A DNA stretch of 64,000 nucleotides from Octopus vulgaris (GCA_951406725.2 OX597815.1:81716001-81780000), one strand, 5' to 3'. Counted from the stretch's first letter, positions 1 to 15,128 are shown. Notes: generated by a model not told the origin, from the sequence alone. Made by a program: numbers and translations.

Positions 1-41
1 TGCCTGCCTGCCTACCTGCCTGTCTGCCTGTCTTTGTCGCC

Positions 42-74
<33 letters not shown>

Positions 75-227
75 GGGCACTGTCTCTTTCTCTCTCTCTC
101 TCTCTCTCCCCACACACACACATATATATATATGCATGTATATGCATATATGCATGTGTATATATATATATATATATACACACATATATATATACATATA
201 TATGTATATATATACATATATATATAC

Positions 228-258
<31 letters not shown>

Positions 259-369
259 AGTGTATAAACAAAAAGATACACATATTATGCATGTATATGC
301 ATATATGCATGTATATATATACTTACATATATATATATACATATATACATATATACATATATATACATA

Positions 370-433
<64 letters not shown>

Positions 434-1462
434 CATATGTATATATACACATACATATATATATATATATATATACACATATATATGTGTGTGTATGTGT
501 GTGTGTGTGTGAGTATAAACAAAAAGATACACATATTATGCGCGTGTGTATGTGTGTGTGTGTATAAACACATAAACAAACACACACACACATTCATACA
601 CAGACATTCTTGTTGTCAACTTCTAACGCCGCTGCCATTTATTACTTTCCTCGCCTCTAACATTAACATCAGGATTAATATCATCACCATCACCATCGCA
701 CACACCATTAAAACTATCCGCTATAATTACAACAATCATTAACAACCCCCCCACACACACTTCCATCATCATTATCTTCAATGCCACCATCTCCACCGTT
801 ATCAGCATCTCCATGACAACCACCACTTCTATCAGCCACTAACACAGCCGCTTTTTATCTTCACCACCACCACCACCACCACCACCATTACCACTACCAC
901 GGCACCACCATTACCATCACCGCCGCCGCCGCCGCCGCCATAACTACCACCACCAATCTTGACCGTCAAACTTTTTTCTTAGACTCCACACTGCCCCTTA
1001 TAGTTATTACCACCACCACCACCACCATCACCATCGCCGCCGCCGCCGCCGCCATCACTACCACCACCACCACCAATCTTGACCGTCAACTTTTTTCTTA
1101 AGACTCCACACTGCCCCTTATAGTTATTACCACCAACATCACCATCACGCATCTTCTCTACCTTCACTGCCATCGCCTCCACACCACCAATTTACACACA
1201 CACAGCAATGCTTCCACCTCCACCTCCACCACCAATACAGACCGTCACCACCACCACCACCACCACCACCACCATCACCACCACCACCACCACCAGTGCC
1301 GTTAACGCTATGAACAATAACACAGCGATGTCTACCAACTCGAAATATACATACCTTCACACATCTCCGTGTCAACACGACACAAGATCAAAGACTAAGA
1401 CACGATGTCACTATATGCTCATACTCATCTCTGAGCTTATCTCTTTTCCTCATTCCCTATCC

Positions 1463-1495
<33 letters not shown>

Positions 1496-1722
1496 ATTCT
1501 CTTTCTCTTTCTGGTTCTTTCTCCTTTTCCCTCCGTCCCGCTTCCTTTCTATCCCTCTCTTTCTCATTCTCTTTCTCTCTCTGTGTCTCTCCTTCCATCA
1601 TGCATATTCATACACATACATGCATATCAAGCACGTACTCACGCTTGCTCCCACAGACACAAACTCTTTTCCACAGGAACACGCAGTTGCACACACACAC
1701 ACAAAGACACATGCACACACAT

Positions 1723-1768
<46 letters not shown>

Positions 1769-2520
1769 TCTCTCTCACACATACACAATCTGTGGCACAT
1801 TCTCCACTTTACTGTTTGTTTACACGTCCCTTTTCTCCCCCTCTGTCTCCTTTTCCATGTGTCTCCTTCTCTCCCTCTTCCTTCTACCATTACGTTACAG
1901 TCTTAAACAAACATACACACATACATACATACATACACATACATATACATAACATATAAATACAAACATACACATACACATACGCATACACACACACACA
2001 TATATATATATATACACATACATATATATACACACACGTACACATACATATATATATATATACATATACACATACATTCATATGCATATAATACATATGC
2101 ATACACACACACACATATATATATACACATACATATATATATACACACACACATACACATACATATATATATACATATACACATACATTCATATGCATAT
2201 AATACATAAGCATACACACACACATATATATATACACACACACATACACATACACATATATATATATACATATACACATACATTCATATGCATATAATAC
2301 ATACGCATACATACATATATATATATACACATACATATATATATATACACACACACATACACATATATATATATATACATATACACATACATTCATATGC
2401 ATATAATACACATGCATACATACATACACACATCATGATGCATATCTACACTTATCACTCTTATAATCTCTCATACATATTGTCTTTCATACACACATAC
2501 ACACACAAACGCATGTTCTC
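1..2520. repeat. Compound microsatellite/minisatellite field ((CT)n, (TA)n, (CA)n, (CCA)n) with higher-order duplications
   Basis: Read directly. Anchor 'tataaacaaaaagatacacatattatgc' occurs at ~262 and ~514; 'ccaatcttgaccgtcaa...ttatagttattacc' at ~953 and ~1073; 'catacattcatatgcatataata' four times between ~2070 and ~2410. Confidence 0.95.
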
Positions 2521-2815
2521 ATAAACACATTCTCAGGCACATACACGCACATACACATAATCTCTCACTTTGTCTCACTCTCTCTCTATCTCAAGGTACA
2601 CACAATACACACACACACACATCCGGTTCTTCCCTCTCCTTTTGTCTATCTCCCTCTATCAATTCTCTTTCAATCTCTCTCACATTCTCTTTCTCTCATG
2701 TAACTGTCTGTCTGTCTGTCTGTCTATCTGTCTGTCTGTCTCTCTCTCAGTATCTTTCTATCTGTTTCTTTCTCACTGTATTTGTCCGTCCGTCCGTCCG
2801 TCTGTCTGTCTGACC

Positions 2816-2889
<74 letters not shown>

Positions 2890-2991
2890 GTCTCTCTCTC
2901 TCCTTTTCTCTCTTTGTAACTGTCTGTCTGAATTTTTCTGTCTTTTTCTGATTCTGTCCGTCTGTCTGTCTGTGTGTCTATTTACCTCTGT

Positions 2992-3030
<39 letters not shown>

Positions 3031-3129
3031 TAACTCTCTCTCTCTCTCTCTCTCTGAATCTTTCTGTCTGTCACTCTCTGTATCTGTCCGTCCGTCTGTG
3101 TTTCTTTGTCTCTGTCTGTCTGTCTGTCG

Positions 3130-3173
<44 letters not shown>

Positions 3174-3301
3174 TTCCATCATCCCAGTAATTTTATTTAA
3201 ACACCAGAGAAATGAATCTGCAAGAAACCCAGCAGATCATGATTCCTGCTAGAGAGAGTCTCTGACACTAGCGTAAACACATGTACACATATATAGGCGC
3301 G

Positions 3302-3334
<33 letters not shown>

Positions 3335-3487
3335 ACACACACGCACACACACACACACCACATGTACACGTACTCACACCTCGGCACATTTAAACAAAAG
3401 CTAAACACACACACTGGCACATTCAGATATCTATACACACACACGCGTATGTGTTGTGCATGCGCATGAATATAAAAAAAAAACATA

Positions 3488-3652
3488 GGCGCAGGAGTGG
3501 TTGTGTGGTAAGTAGCTTGCTAACCAGCCACATGATTCTGTGTTCAGTCCCACTGTGTGGCATCTTGGGCAAGTGTCTTCTACTATAGCCCCGGGTCGAC
3601 CAATGCCTTGTGAGTAGATTTGGTAGACGGAAACTGAAAGAAGCCTGTCGTA

Positions 3653-3720
<68 letters not shown>

Positions 3721-4550
3721 AATTAAAATGGAGGACAAGAGATGGAACGAACCGACGAATCGAAAACGAACCCGACGCGAGGCGCTGTCAGACAATAATG
3801 TAATAATCAAAATATATGCATACATACAAACATATATCTACGTACCTACATCTACATGTATATATACATGCATATATAAATAAATATACGTGAGTACAAG
3901 ACACCACAACAGGACGTAGAAACGGGAAAAACATAAAATTATAACAAGAAAATAAGGAAAAGTCCCCGGTCATCAGCTGTCGCTAGTTAGACTCAAGCGT
4001 CTTTCGAAGGCGAGACAGGACACATCGTAAAACTAGGCCTTCCTGCGAGAGAATTAAAATAAAATTCCAAGCAGCCGGGTGAAAAACGGTTAAGAACACA
4101 ACCAGGACGTAATAATAAAACTGCACAGTAAAATACAAGATAAATTACACGATAAAAATACATGTACAAAAAAATACAAACGAGAAATAAAAAGAGAATA
4201 CAATACGGGAAATCAAATAAAACAAGAGAACGAACGAGAAAAAAGAAACGAAAAGGCCTTTTTGGGCTAGACGGAAGATGTAGTGGCAGCGTATGGAAAG
4301 CGTATGGAAAGCATGACTTTTCAGTATGTGTGTGTGTGTGTTTGTGTGTCTGTGTTTGTCCCCCTAGCATTGCTTGACAACCGATGCTGGTGTGTTTACG
4401 TCCCTGTAACTTAGCAGTTCGGCAAAAGAGACCGATAGAATAAGTACTGGGCTTACAAAGAATAAGTCCCGAGGTCGATTTTTTCGACTGAAGGCGGTGC
4501 TCCAGCATGGTCGCAGTCAAATGACTAAAACAAGTAAAAGAGTAAAAGAG
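3488..4550 (+). mobile_element. tRNA-derived CORE-type SINE (octopus OR-like, family A) split by a nested insertion
   Basis: Head GGCGCAGGAGTGGTTGTGTGGTAAG (A-box-like) and GTTCAGTCCC (B-box-like); CORE-like CTTGGGCAAGTGTCTTC; 3' half resumes at ~4326 and ends in AAAAGAGT repeats. Matches the uninterrupted copy at 23261-23673. Confidence 0.85.
3719..4325 (-). mobile_element. Interspersed repeat fragment (probable Penelope-like remnant) nested in the SINE's (TA)n
   Basis: 3800-3920 is the reverse complement of a similar sequence at ~43550-43660; carries degenerate CTGATGA and ...GCCTTCGAAA motifs on the minus strand. Confidence 0.5.
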
Positions 4551-4735
4551 AGTATATACACACGCGTGCACGAATACATACGCATAAAGCAAATACAATT
4601 AAGACAGAAAGAAAGAGCAAAGGTACAAAGACGTTCGCGGTTAATATTATCAGGTTGATGTTTAAGGGAGAATGGAAAGAGTTGGGTTCGGATACAGTTC
4701 TTCGGAGACGAGAGGAAATCTCTGATAATGTGTGG

Positions 4736-6444
4736 ATGTTTTACAAACATGGGTTCGTTTTATAATAATGATAAAACATACTTTGGATGATGCAGAGCTT
4801 AATACAAAACGCAGTCAAGAAAAAAATGCTCTATATCAAACGTGGCAAGTACAATTTTCTCTTGGTTAGCATCTCGGACTAATATATATCTACACACACG
4901 CACACACACACACACACACATGCATAGATGAAAATGTACAAACAGTCGTAATCCGTAATCCGTTTAGATAGATTAAAGGACAATTCATTTTTAGGTACAA
5001 TAAATATTTTTACCCTACATCCCTACCGGTTTCCACTCTAAGAATTTTTCAGTTGAGATTAAGAAAAAGAGGGTAAACAGTACTGACTAAGGGAAACTGG
5101 CAGACAGATAGAATAGTAAGAGACCGGAGAGTCATGCGTTAATACGTATGTGTGAGTGCATGTATGTATGTATGTATGTATGTATGTATGTATGTATGTA
5201 TGTATGTATGTATGTATGTATGTACTATGTACGTACGTATGTATGTATGTACGTACGTATGTATGTATGTACGTATGTATGTATGTATGTAGGTAGGTAG
5301 GTAGGTATGCATGTATTCATGTCTGTCGGTACGTACGTATGTATATTTATGTGTTTATGTAATATGTATGTACGTATGTATGTATTATATATTCATGTAT
5401 GCATGTATGCGTGTACGTATATATGTACTTTTTATATAATTTCTTAAAAGAGTCCAATCCGGTCACTGATAGAGCAGCAAGACTTTTTGAGTGAAGTGAG
5501 TTCTGGGTGCTTCTAAATATGTGGTTCAGTCGGTGTGTTGGTTGAACTATTCATGTGTGTGCATTTACACTGAGTTCTAGAGTTTACACTTTGTTGGCGA
5601 CCGAACCTCACAATTCGCTACTTGCTGTTTCTTGATTCCAAATATCAAACGAAGTCTAAGAGCTTGTATTTTGTTGGTAAGTATATTGGGGGACAATCCG
5701 GTTGAAGTAGACTAAGGTTTTAGATATAATTCTCGCTGTGGTTAATTGTTGGCGGTTCATTTTCTAAAACTATGTATTGAGTTCTTTATTATTTTTTTTT
5801 CAATTGCGTACACAATCGACGTTTGTATTTCACTCGTCAATGTCGAGCACTTCATGCAATTTGGATCATTCTAGCAAAAGCAGCTCCATTCCCTGCAAAG
5901 TATATTTTCAGAAATACCTCATCCTCCAGACAGAAGATTTTATCAAGAAAACACAATGGAAGATCTAATTCTTAGATAAAAAAAAAAAAAAAGCGACCAC
6001 ACCTAAAACATGGCCAATACATATACGTCTTAAAATTATATAAACGACTTTTTGTCAACATTTCACCGGGACCTTTTGAAACGGAACAGTTCGACATAAT
6101 GAAAAAATGAAAATAAGTTACAAAAGATGCTTTAATAGTCTCCAAGAGACTTTTAAAATCTATCCCAAACTCTTTAAAATCTCTGAGAACAATTGACTTC
6201 TTTAAACAAATATATGAAACAGATTGTGCTACACACACCAATTTACCTAACATCATACAAAGATGGAAAAAAATTCACTATGTTTTATATACATGGGTCC
6301 GTGTTGTATAGTGATAAAATATACTTTGGATGATGCAGAGCTTAATACAAAACGCAGTCAAGAAAAAATACTCTATATCAAACGTGGCAAGCACAAGTTT
6401 CGCTTGATTAGCTCCTCGGACTGATGTATGTCTACACACGCACG

Positions 6445-6487
<43 letters not shown>
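4736..6487. repeat. Diverged direct repeat pair of ~180-200 bp (4736-4920 and 6280-6487)
   Basis: Both copies contain 'atactttggatgatgcagagcttaatacaaaacgcagtcaagaaaaaa...ctctatatcaaacgtggcaag' and end in (CA)n. Confidence 0.9.
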
Positions 6488-6569
6488 TCATTTGCGCGTG
6501 TGTATATATGTATACATATAAATTTATACTCTTTCTCTCACTCTCTCTCTCTATATATACATATGTACA

Positions 6570-6932
6570 CTCTTTTAATCTTTTACTTGTTTCAGTCATT
6601 TGCCTGTGACCATGCTGGAGCACCGCCTTTTAGTCGAAAATCGACCCCAGAACTTATTCTTTTACCGAACCGCTAAGTTACGGGGACGTAAACACACCAG
6701 CATCGGTTGTCAAGTGATGTTGGGGTACAGACACAGACACACAAACATATACACACGTGCACACACATATATACGACGGGCTTTTTCAGTTTCCGTCAAC
6801 CAAATCTACTCACAAAGCTTTGGTCGGCTCGATGCTATAGTAGAAGACACTTGCCCAAGGTGCCACGCAGTGGGACTGAACCCAGAACCATGTGGTTGCT
6901 AAGCAAGCTATTACCACACAGCCACTCCTACG

Positions 6933-6992
<60 letters not shown>

Positions 6993-7391
6993 CTTTTCTC
7001 AGTCATTTGACTGTGGCCATGCTGGGGCACCGCTTTGAAGAATTTTTAGTCGAATGTATCGACCTCAGTACTTATCTTTTTTATAAGCCTGGTGCTTATT
7101 CTATCGGTTTCTTTGCCGAACTACTAAGTTACGGGGACGTAAACATACCAGCACCGGTTCTCAAACCATGCTGAAGGGACATAGACACAAAGAAACACAC
7201 ACGCGTAGATATATACATTTATATACACGACGGGTTTCTTTCAGTTTCTGTGTATCAATTTCCCATTCACAAGCTTGGGTCGGCCCGAGGGTATAGTAGA
7301 AGACACCTGCCCAAGGTGTCACGCAGTGGGACTAAACCTGGGACCATGTAGTTGGGAAGCAAGCTTCTTACCACACAGCCATGCTAGCGCC
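6570..7391 (-). mobile_element. Two tandem family-A CORE-type SINE copies (6570-6934, ~6992-7391)
   Basis: Reverse complements of the 23261-23673 element, separated by (TA)n. Confidence 0.85.
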
Positions 7392-7419
7392 TATGTATGT
7401 ATACATATATATATATATA

Positions 7420-7617
7420 TAGTTAATCCAAACATGAACAAAGAGAAAACACAACAACGCGAGGACGTGGAACAAGTGTAGTGTTATTGGACGCTCAGGA
7501 AGGGAAAGAAAGTAGGAGGATTTAACGTTTCGGGTGGAGCTCTTCGTCAGAAACATAGAAAAAGGAAAGGTCCAAGGAAGGGAAGACGGAGAAAAAATCG
7601 CCAACAATACACACGCA

Positions 7618-7620
<3 letters not shown>
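7420..7620 (-). mobile_element. Short hammerhead-motif-bearing element in (TA)n (Penelope/retrozyme-like)
   Basis: Near-identical, opposite-orientation match to 46105-46290; minus strand 7520-7554 reads GTTT CTGACGA AGAGCTCCACCC GAAA CG TT AAAT. Confidence 0.65.
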
Positions 7621-7693
<73 letters not shown>

Positions 7694-8431
7694 GATGAGA
7701 GGTTAGGTCAGTTACTGTTCAGTTAGTTGACATCATGGTGTATATCTGTTACATTAATTCTGTGTATCGTTCAACCAAATGTCTGCATTCCATAGATACA
7801 CTCTCAGACATGACATATGTCACCACAACAACAACAAAAACATCAGCAGCAACAGCAAGAAAAACAACAACAAATGTGTACGAACACAAAGAATTTTCTC
7901 ATCAGTTCAATATTCTACTCAGATTTTTCATTATATTCATTCACCCACCGTGCCACCTTATTATTCTAGTCGACTGAGATCACAGCAGATCATCGTTTAA
8001 TAAAACAGACATAAATATAATAACAATAGAACGTATCAAAGACACATTAAGGAACGACACACAGAGGTGATAACGGCGATGGTGCGGGTTTTCCGTGGAC
8101 AATATTCACAAGAAGTTAATTAAAAACGGGTATGAATGCAAACTGAAGGTGTTTGCAAGTAGGTGTTTGCAAGTAGGTGTTTACATACCTAGGCATCACA
8201 AAGACGTATGTATGCCCACGCACACAATATACATTCGTATATACACGCACATACGCACATGCGCATTGGGAACAACGTGTGTGAACACGAATATTGTTAC
8301 CAAATGGTTAGTGTTATCAAAATTGTGTCCCAAACATTTTATTTGCCGCAAGTTGTTAGCAGGTATAGTTATCAAAAACAGTTAGTATAAAATTGATCAC
8401 AATAGGTATCTTCAGCACATATATACATACA

Positions 8432-8464
<33 letters not shown>

Positions 8465-8757
8465 GCGATGACCAGTAAGTGGACATCCAATTTGATAGAA
8501 ATAGATCACCTACGATCTAACCACAAAGGAAAAGAATATTCTCTAGAAAAATTCAGCAAACACCAGAACATAAGCGGGTAAGACAAATGAAAATATACAA
8601 AATAAAGAATTAATAGTAGACTAGTTTCGCCAATAACGATTTTACTTACGTAACAACGACCGTTCTAATTCAATATAAAATGCAGAACTATACACAGGTT
8701 GTCCTCATAAAATTAGGCGTATTCAATTTATCACCCTCATTATTTATATATATCATA

Positions 8758-8794
<37 letters not shown>

Positions 8795-8993
8795 CAACGA
8801 CCAACTACCACTTTTTCCAAGTGTCCTGAAGAAGAGGTCTTGACCCCGTATTATAGGAATACAAGGTAAAATTGCAACTTTTTCCGTTTTCTTTTCCTTT
8901 TGTAGTTTACTTTGTATCTTCTCGCATTGTTCCGGCCTTACATAACAACCTTCCTTAAAGTTATATCTCACAATGCTTCACCCAAATCACCTC

Positions 8994-9048
<55 letters not shown>

Positions 9049-9049
9049 T

Positions 9050-9345
9050 ATTAAAAAAACAAGAAAAACTACAAGAAAAAGACAAGAAAAAACAACAACG
9101 CTAGAATGTGGTACATGCAAAGTATTAACAAGACGCTCAGGGAATGAAAGAAAATGTGTTTTACGCTTCGAGCAAAGCTCTTCTTCAGATACAGGAAACA
9201 GAGGAAATCCTAGTGAAGAGGAAGACAGAGGAAAAAACTCGCCAACAGTCTACATGTGGTTACACTTTGGAATGACCGGAAGTAGATGGACAAAGAGATA
9301 GTGCTTTCTAAGACAGGAGAGTGTGAAGAAAGGCTGGTAACTCTG
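9050..9345 (-). mobile_element. Related hammerhead-motif element, degenerate
   Basis: Minus strand ~9158-9192 CTGAAGA AGAGCTTTGCTC GAAG CGTA (GAAA mutated); flanks resemble 7420-7620. Confidence 0.55.
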
Positions 9346-9369
9346 TGTATGTGTGGACGGATGTATGCG

Positions 9370-9623
9370 CACAGATACGTGTACCCTTAACGTAGTTCTC
9401 GGGGAGATTCAGTGTGACATAGAGCGTGACAAGGCTGGCCCTTTGAAGTACAGGTACAACAGAAACAGGAAGAAGGAGTGAGAGAAAGTTGTGCTGAAAG
9501 AATACAGCAGGGTTCGCCCTGGTGGAGCTTTAGGTGTTTTCGCTCAATAAACACTCACAACGCCCGGTCTGGGAATCGAAACCGCGAGTCCGCTGCTCTA
9601 ACCACTGGGCCATTGCGCCTCCC
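9370..9623 (-). mobile_element. tRNA-derived SINE (third family)
   Basis: Minus-strand head GGAGGCGCAATGGCCCAGTGGTTAGAGC...GGTTTCGATTCCC; 'ctacgttaagggtacacgt' body also present at ~52360-52470. Confidence 0.75.
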
Positions 9624-9751
9624 TACATATATATATATATATATATACGTATATCATCATCATCGTCGTCGTCGTCGTCGTCGTCATCATCATCAGCAGC
9701 AAGGTTATCCTCGCTATCAACATCGTTATCATGAATATTATCCTCATTATC

Positions 9752-10442
9752 AATGTGGTGAGCTTGCGGAATTCTTAGCACTCCGGACAAAATGCTTAGC
9801 GACATTTCGTTCGTGTATCCAAATTCCACGAAGGTCGACTTTACTATTCATCCTTTCGGAGTCGGAATCACTAGGGTCGATGTAATCAACTTGTCCCCGC
9901 CCCAAACTATCATACAATCGATCATTCCCACTCGCCATGTCTACAATGAAGGGATTTTTCCGTGGCTTCTCGGTCAGTTAAAACAGACATCCATTTCTCC
10001 CCCAGTCACCACTCCACTTCCATTACCTATTTCTTTATTGCCCACAAGGGACTAAACATAAAGGGGACAAACAAGGACAGACAAAGGGATTAAGTCGATT
10101 AGATCGACTCCAGTGCGAAACTGGTACTGAATTTATCGACCCCGAAAGGATGAAAGGCAAAGTCGACCTCGGCGGAATTTGAACTCAGAACGTAACGGCA
10201 GACGAAATACCTATTTCTTTACTGCCCACAAGGGGCTAAACATAGAGGGGACAAACAAGGACAGACATAGGTATTAAGTCGATTATATCGACCCCAGCGC
10301 GTAACTGGTACTTATTTAATCGACCCCGAAAGGTTGAAAGGCAAAGTCGACCTCGGCGGAATTTGAACTCAGAACGTAACGGCAGACGAAATGCCGTTAG
10401 GCATTTCGCCCGACGTGCTAACGCGTCTGCCAGCTCGCTTCC
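9752..10442. mobile_element. Family-B SINEs: one + copy (9752-9900) and a head-to-tail dimer on - (10026-10442)
   Basis: Shared core GTTCTGAGTTCAAATTCCGCCGAGGTCGACTTTGCCTTTCATCCTTTCGGGGTCGAT (B-box plus a Meta/MESC-like central domain; domain name from recall). Confidence 0.8.
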
Positions 10443-10816
10443 ATTACCGTCATAAAAAAGAATATATATGGTTCTAGATATTGAATAAATATGGTTTGAT
10501 TCTCTGCAGATGAGAAGGTTACGATTGTAATGCTTTTGATCAAATACTTGGACCAGAGCAAACCGGGACTAAATAACATGAAAAAGAGCCCCAGAATGAT
10601 AGAAGGCTTAACTGGCCCTGGCATGATATGAATCAGACCATTCAACAGACTTCCTTCCAAATTCTTCTCTTTTTTTTTTTTGTATGAGATTCTGTCTATA
10701 GATAAGTTGTCTGAGAAATGGAATGCTTAACTGGGACATTTAGAACAGTTCATGGACAATGTCATCAATCGATAATGTTCTATATAGCCGGGATTAGAAA
10801 CTAATTTACCTACAAA

Positions 10817-11378
10817 TAATGATGATGGTGATGATGATTTTGATGATGATAGTGGTGGTGGTGGTGGTGGTGTGGATGAATGATGATAATGATTATATTA
10901 ATGATGATGATGATGAAGTTGGTGGTAACGAGAATCATAATTATGGTGGTGGTAGTGGGGGTCACGATGATGACGATGAGGTTACTGATGAAGGCGCTGA
11001 CGATGAAAATGACGATAACGGTGATGATGATGATGATGGTGATGATGGTGATGATAATGATGGTGGTGGTGGTGGTGATGGTAATGGTAGGCATAGAAGT
11101 GATTATAAGGTAATGGTAGAGGCCGCGGTGATAGTGGTGATGGTAATGAAGATGATGATGATGGTGATAAGGATGGTGGTAATGATAATGATGAGGAGTA
11201 GGATGGTGGTTACGGTGATGATGAAGATGATGGTGATGATTATGATTCTGTGGCGAGGATATTATTAATGCTGATGGTATTGATGATGTTGATGACGACG
11301 ACAATGAAACTGATAATTATGGTGTTTTTGATAGAAATTAGGATGCTTAGAATAAAGCAAAACATTTTTAGCAGTCTT

Positions 11379-11428
<50 letters not shown>

Positions 11429-11433
11429 TAATG

Positions 11434-11481
<48 letters not shown>

Positions 11482-11523
11482 GTAATAATAATAATAATAA
11501 TAATAACAATAATAATAATAATA
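10817..11523. repeat. (GAT/GGT)n low-complexity tract followed by (AAT)n
   Basis: Read directly. Confidence 0.95.
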
Positions 11524-11524
11524 A

Positions 11525-12277
<753 letters not shown>

Positions 12278-12349
12278 TTGCTGCACCGGTGGAAATTTCA
12301 CAGTAAATACAAAATATTTTAGTTGGTTGGAAAATTCATATAGAACCAT

Positions 12350-13200
12350 AAAAATTAGCGTTTCTTTTGAAATTGTATACTCAGCATTATTTTAATCCAA
12401 AAGTATCTTTCCAGTCATTCTGGATAAGGCTGTAAGTGAACGACCATGACTTTCCCATTCTCTCAGCAGTTCATTTATAAATCTAAGCGCTTCACAATGG
12501 CTGCAGAGACTATTAATGTCACCATTGCTGTAACTTTCAACTATATGTTTACTGTTGTGTTGACGTTCTCTTTCATTTTCATTTGATAATGTGTCTTGAA
12601 CACGTTCTTATATCGGCGGTAAATACTTTAAACTCATTGGGATCTTTTCGGTTTGAACGGCAGTTTTTTCTAGCGGTTTCATATGAAATTGTCACCCATA
12701 ATTATGACCCTAGTATCGATCTATTGCATTTCAGTCTATTTTAGGGTTAGGGTTAGAGTTAGGGTTAGGGGTGGGGGAAGGGTATATTTTTTTCTTCAGA
12801 AATGTAAATAAACCCAATCTGTTTCTTAAACGAGGGACATATTCATACGGCACAGAATGTTTTCACCTCAATAGACGGTCATTGATTGGTTGAAATTGCA
12901 GAAATTGAAGGAAAAAACAACAACAAATATCTTACAAACTATAGAATTTTCTCAATAAAGCCAAGAGAAAAATATGTTTTATAAACACATTCTACCAGTA
13001 TACGAAGTTTAACATTTTTTAGTTACCTAGAAATTATGTTAAAAACTGCCGTTCAAACCGAAAAGATCCACTCATTGATTCATATTTCCCTTCTACACGC
13101 TGATGCTCTTGCGCCTGTTCTAGTGATTCGGCCCTCTGCTTCTCCTCACGTCGTTTACCTATAGCATCTCATTCTTTCTCTTGTTAACTTACATCGCCTG
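12350..13200 (-). pseudogene. Decayed Helitron RepHel N-terminal zinc-finger fragment, interrupted by a MITE
   Basis: Minus strand ~12538-12418 translates ESYSNGDINSLCSHCEALRFINE/(frameshift)C*ENGKVMVVHLQPYPE, matching the Helitron CxxC-A-x-F-x-E...CCxxGKV motif; charged RREEQRAESLEQAQEHQR segment upstream (~13100-13155). Confidence 0.55.
12640..13069. mobile_element. 430-bp MITE with 29-bp perfect TIRs and 8-bp TSD (Merlin-like termini)
   Basis: TIR GGATCTTTTCGGTTTGAACGGCAGTTTTT at both ends; TSD ACTCATTG at 12632-12639 and 13070-13077; internal TTAGGG-like repeats. Confidence 0.92.
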
Positions 13201-13977
13201 TCATCCATATTTTATCAGCAAATATCAATTTTCAAACGAGCAGGCCATTAATAATTACACTTATGCGCATGCGTTAAGTGATAGGCGATATAAAAATTTA
13301 GTTCGATCATAGAAAAAAAAAAGAAAACTACACTGTTCACTATCTACACGTCACCGCTACCTCCACCACGATTATTATAGTTTTCAATAACAAATCTCAG
13401 TGTAAGTTGTTTGTCAACCAAGATTATCTTCATTTCATTTTAGTACTATTCAGCCATTTGTTTATGTCTACTTTTCTTACAATCGATGTATGTATCTAGT
13501 CTGACAATACAAAGTTCGAAAAAAAAAGCAAACAACATAAAACAACCCCCCGCCCCGCAAAAAAAAACAACAACAAAGAAAAAAGATAGAAAGAAAGAAA
13601 AGAACATCCACGGCTATTTTGCTAAGTTATTTCACTTTCATTAAAAAAAATCTATATTTCTTTATTATTATATTTAGCATAAGCCTTCTTTCCACCGTCC
13701 GCCCATCGATGTATTTATCAATGCTGATTGATAGATAAGTAAGTAGATCGACAAAAAAGTTGACCAATAAAATGTTATTTCTTTGTCAGTCACAATAAGA
13801 TATTTGATGTTTAAAATTTCCCTGTGCTACACACTTATATTTCTCCTTCCCCCTCTCTCTACTTTTTACTTTTAACCATGTAATTCCCCTATTCACGTCG
13901 TTATAATTTCTCTCTATTTCTCTTCATCTCTCACTTCTATTAACCACGTGACAGCGTAATCCATCATCTGGTGCCAC

Positions 13978-14022
<45 letters not shown>

Positions 14023-14124
14023 TTTGCTTTTCACTCTTAATGTAACTGCCCCCTCCATCTCTCTATCAGAATTTCTTTAAACGCACCACCAGAACATCAC
14101 CCCACTGCTAACATTGTAGTTTGT

Positions 14125-14206
<82 letters not shown>

Positions 14207-14543
14207 TTATCACTTCAATTAACTTTTTATCCTCGTAATAACTATTACTTTTCCCCTAGCTCGGGTCGTTAACACTTCTCTCTCTTTATTTTTCTCTGGC
14301 TCTTCGCCTCTACCTTCAACTGACCCTGTGACAGCTTAACGCATTTGGCCTTAGATAATTTCTCATATACATACAACGCTAGCAATTTTTAGAAAAGTGC
14401 AGTAGTGGACATCATCGACCTCAATATTCGATTGTTACTTCATTTTATCGACTCCAGAGCACTACGTTGATTTCAACTTAGAATGTAAAAGCCAGAACAA
14501 TTGCCGCAAGATATTTTCCTAACGATTCTTCCAATCCACTATC

Positions 14544-14601
<58 letters not shown>

Positions 14602-15070
14602 CCTATCTATTTTAGACACTAGGACTGGAATGAATTTTGAGAGAGGGGAGTAGTCAATTACATCGACCCCAGAATTTCCCTGGTACTTAATTTATCGACC
14701 CTTAAAATGATGAAACGGAAAGTCGACGCGCGTTGCAATTCCCTTCAATAAAAGCAGTGCTGCTAAAGAAGTGGCAAAGGAGTCGAGATAAATCAAGAAA
14801 GTGGGAATTATAGAGCAACAAAATTGAAAACTGTACAATTTATCATCGTGGATATTTGGTTAAAAAATAAATAAATATATCTTGAAACTCTTGGACACCT
14901 AAGTCTTCCGTCTTACTTTGAACATTTCATATTCTTAGAAGGGTACTTACTGTCTAAGCGCTTTTGTTAAAGCTCGATAGTAAAACCCCAACAAAAACCA
15001 ATATTTTATATGCATGCTGGCGAACAAATTATTATTATTATTATTATTTGTAATGATGATGATGATGATG

Positions 15071-15125
<55 letters not shown>

Positions 15126-15128
<3 letters not shown>

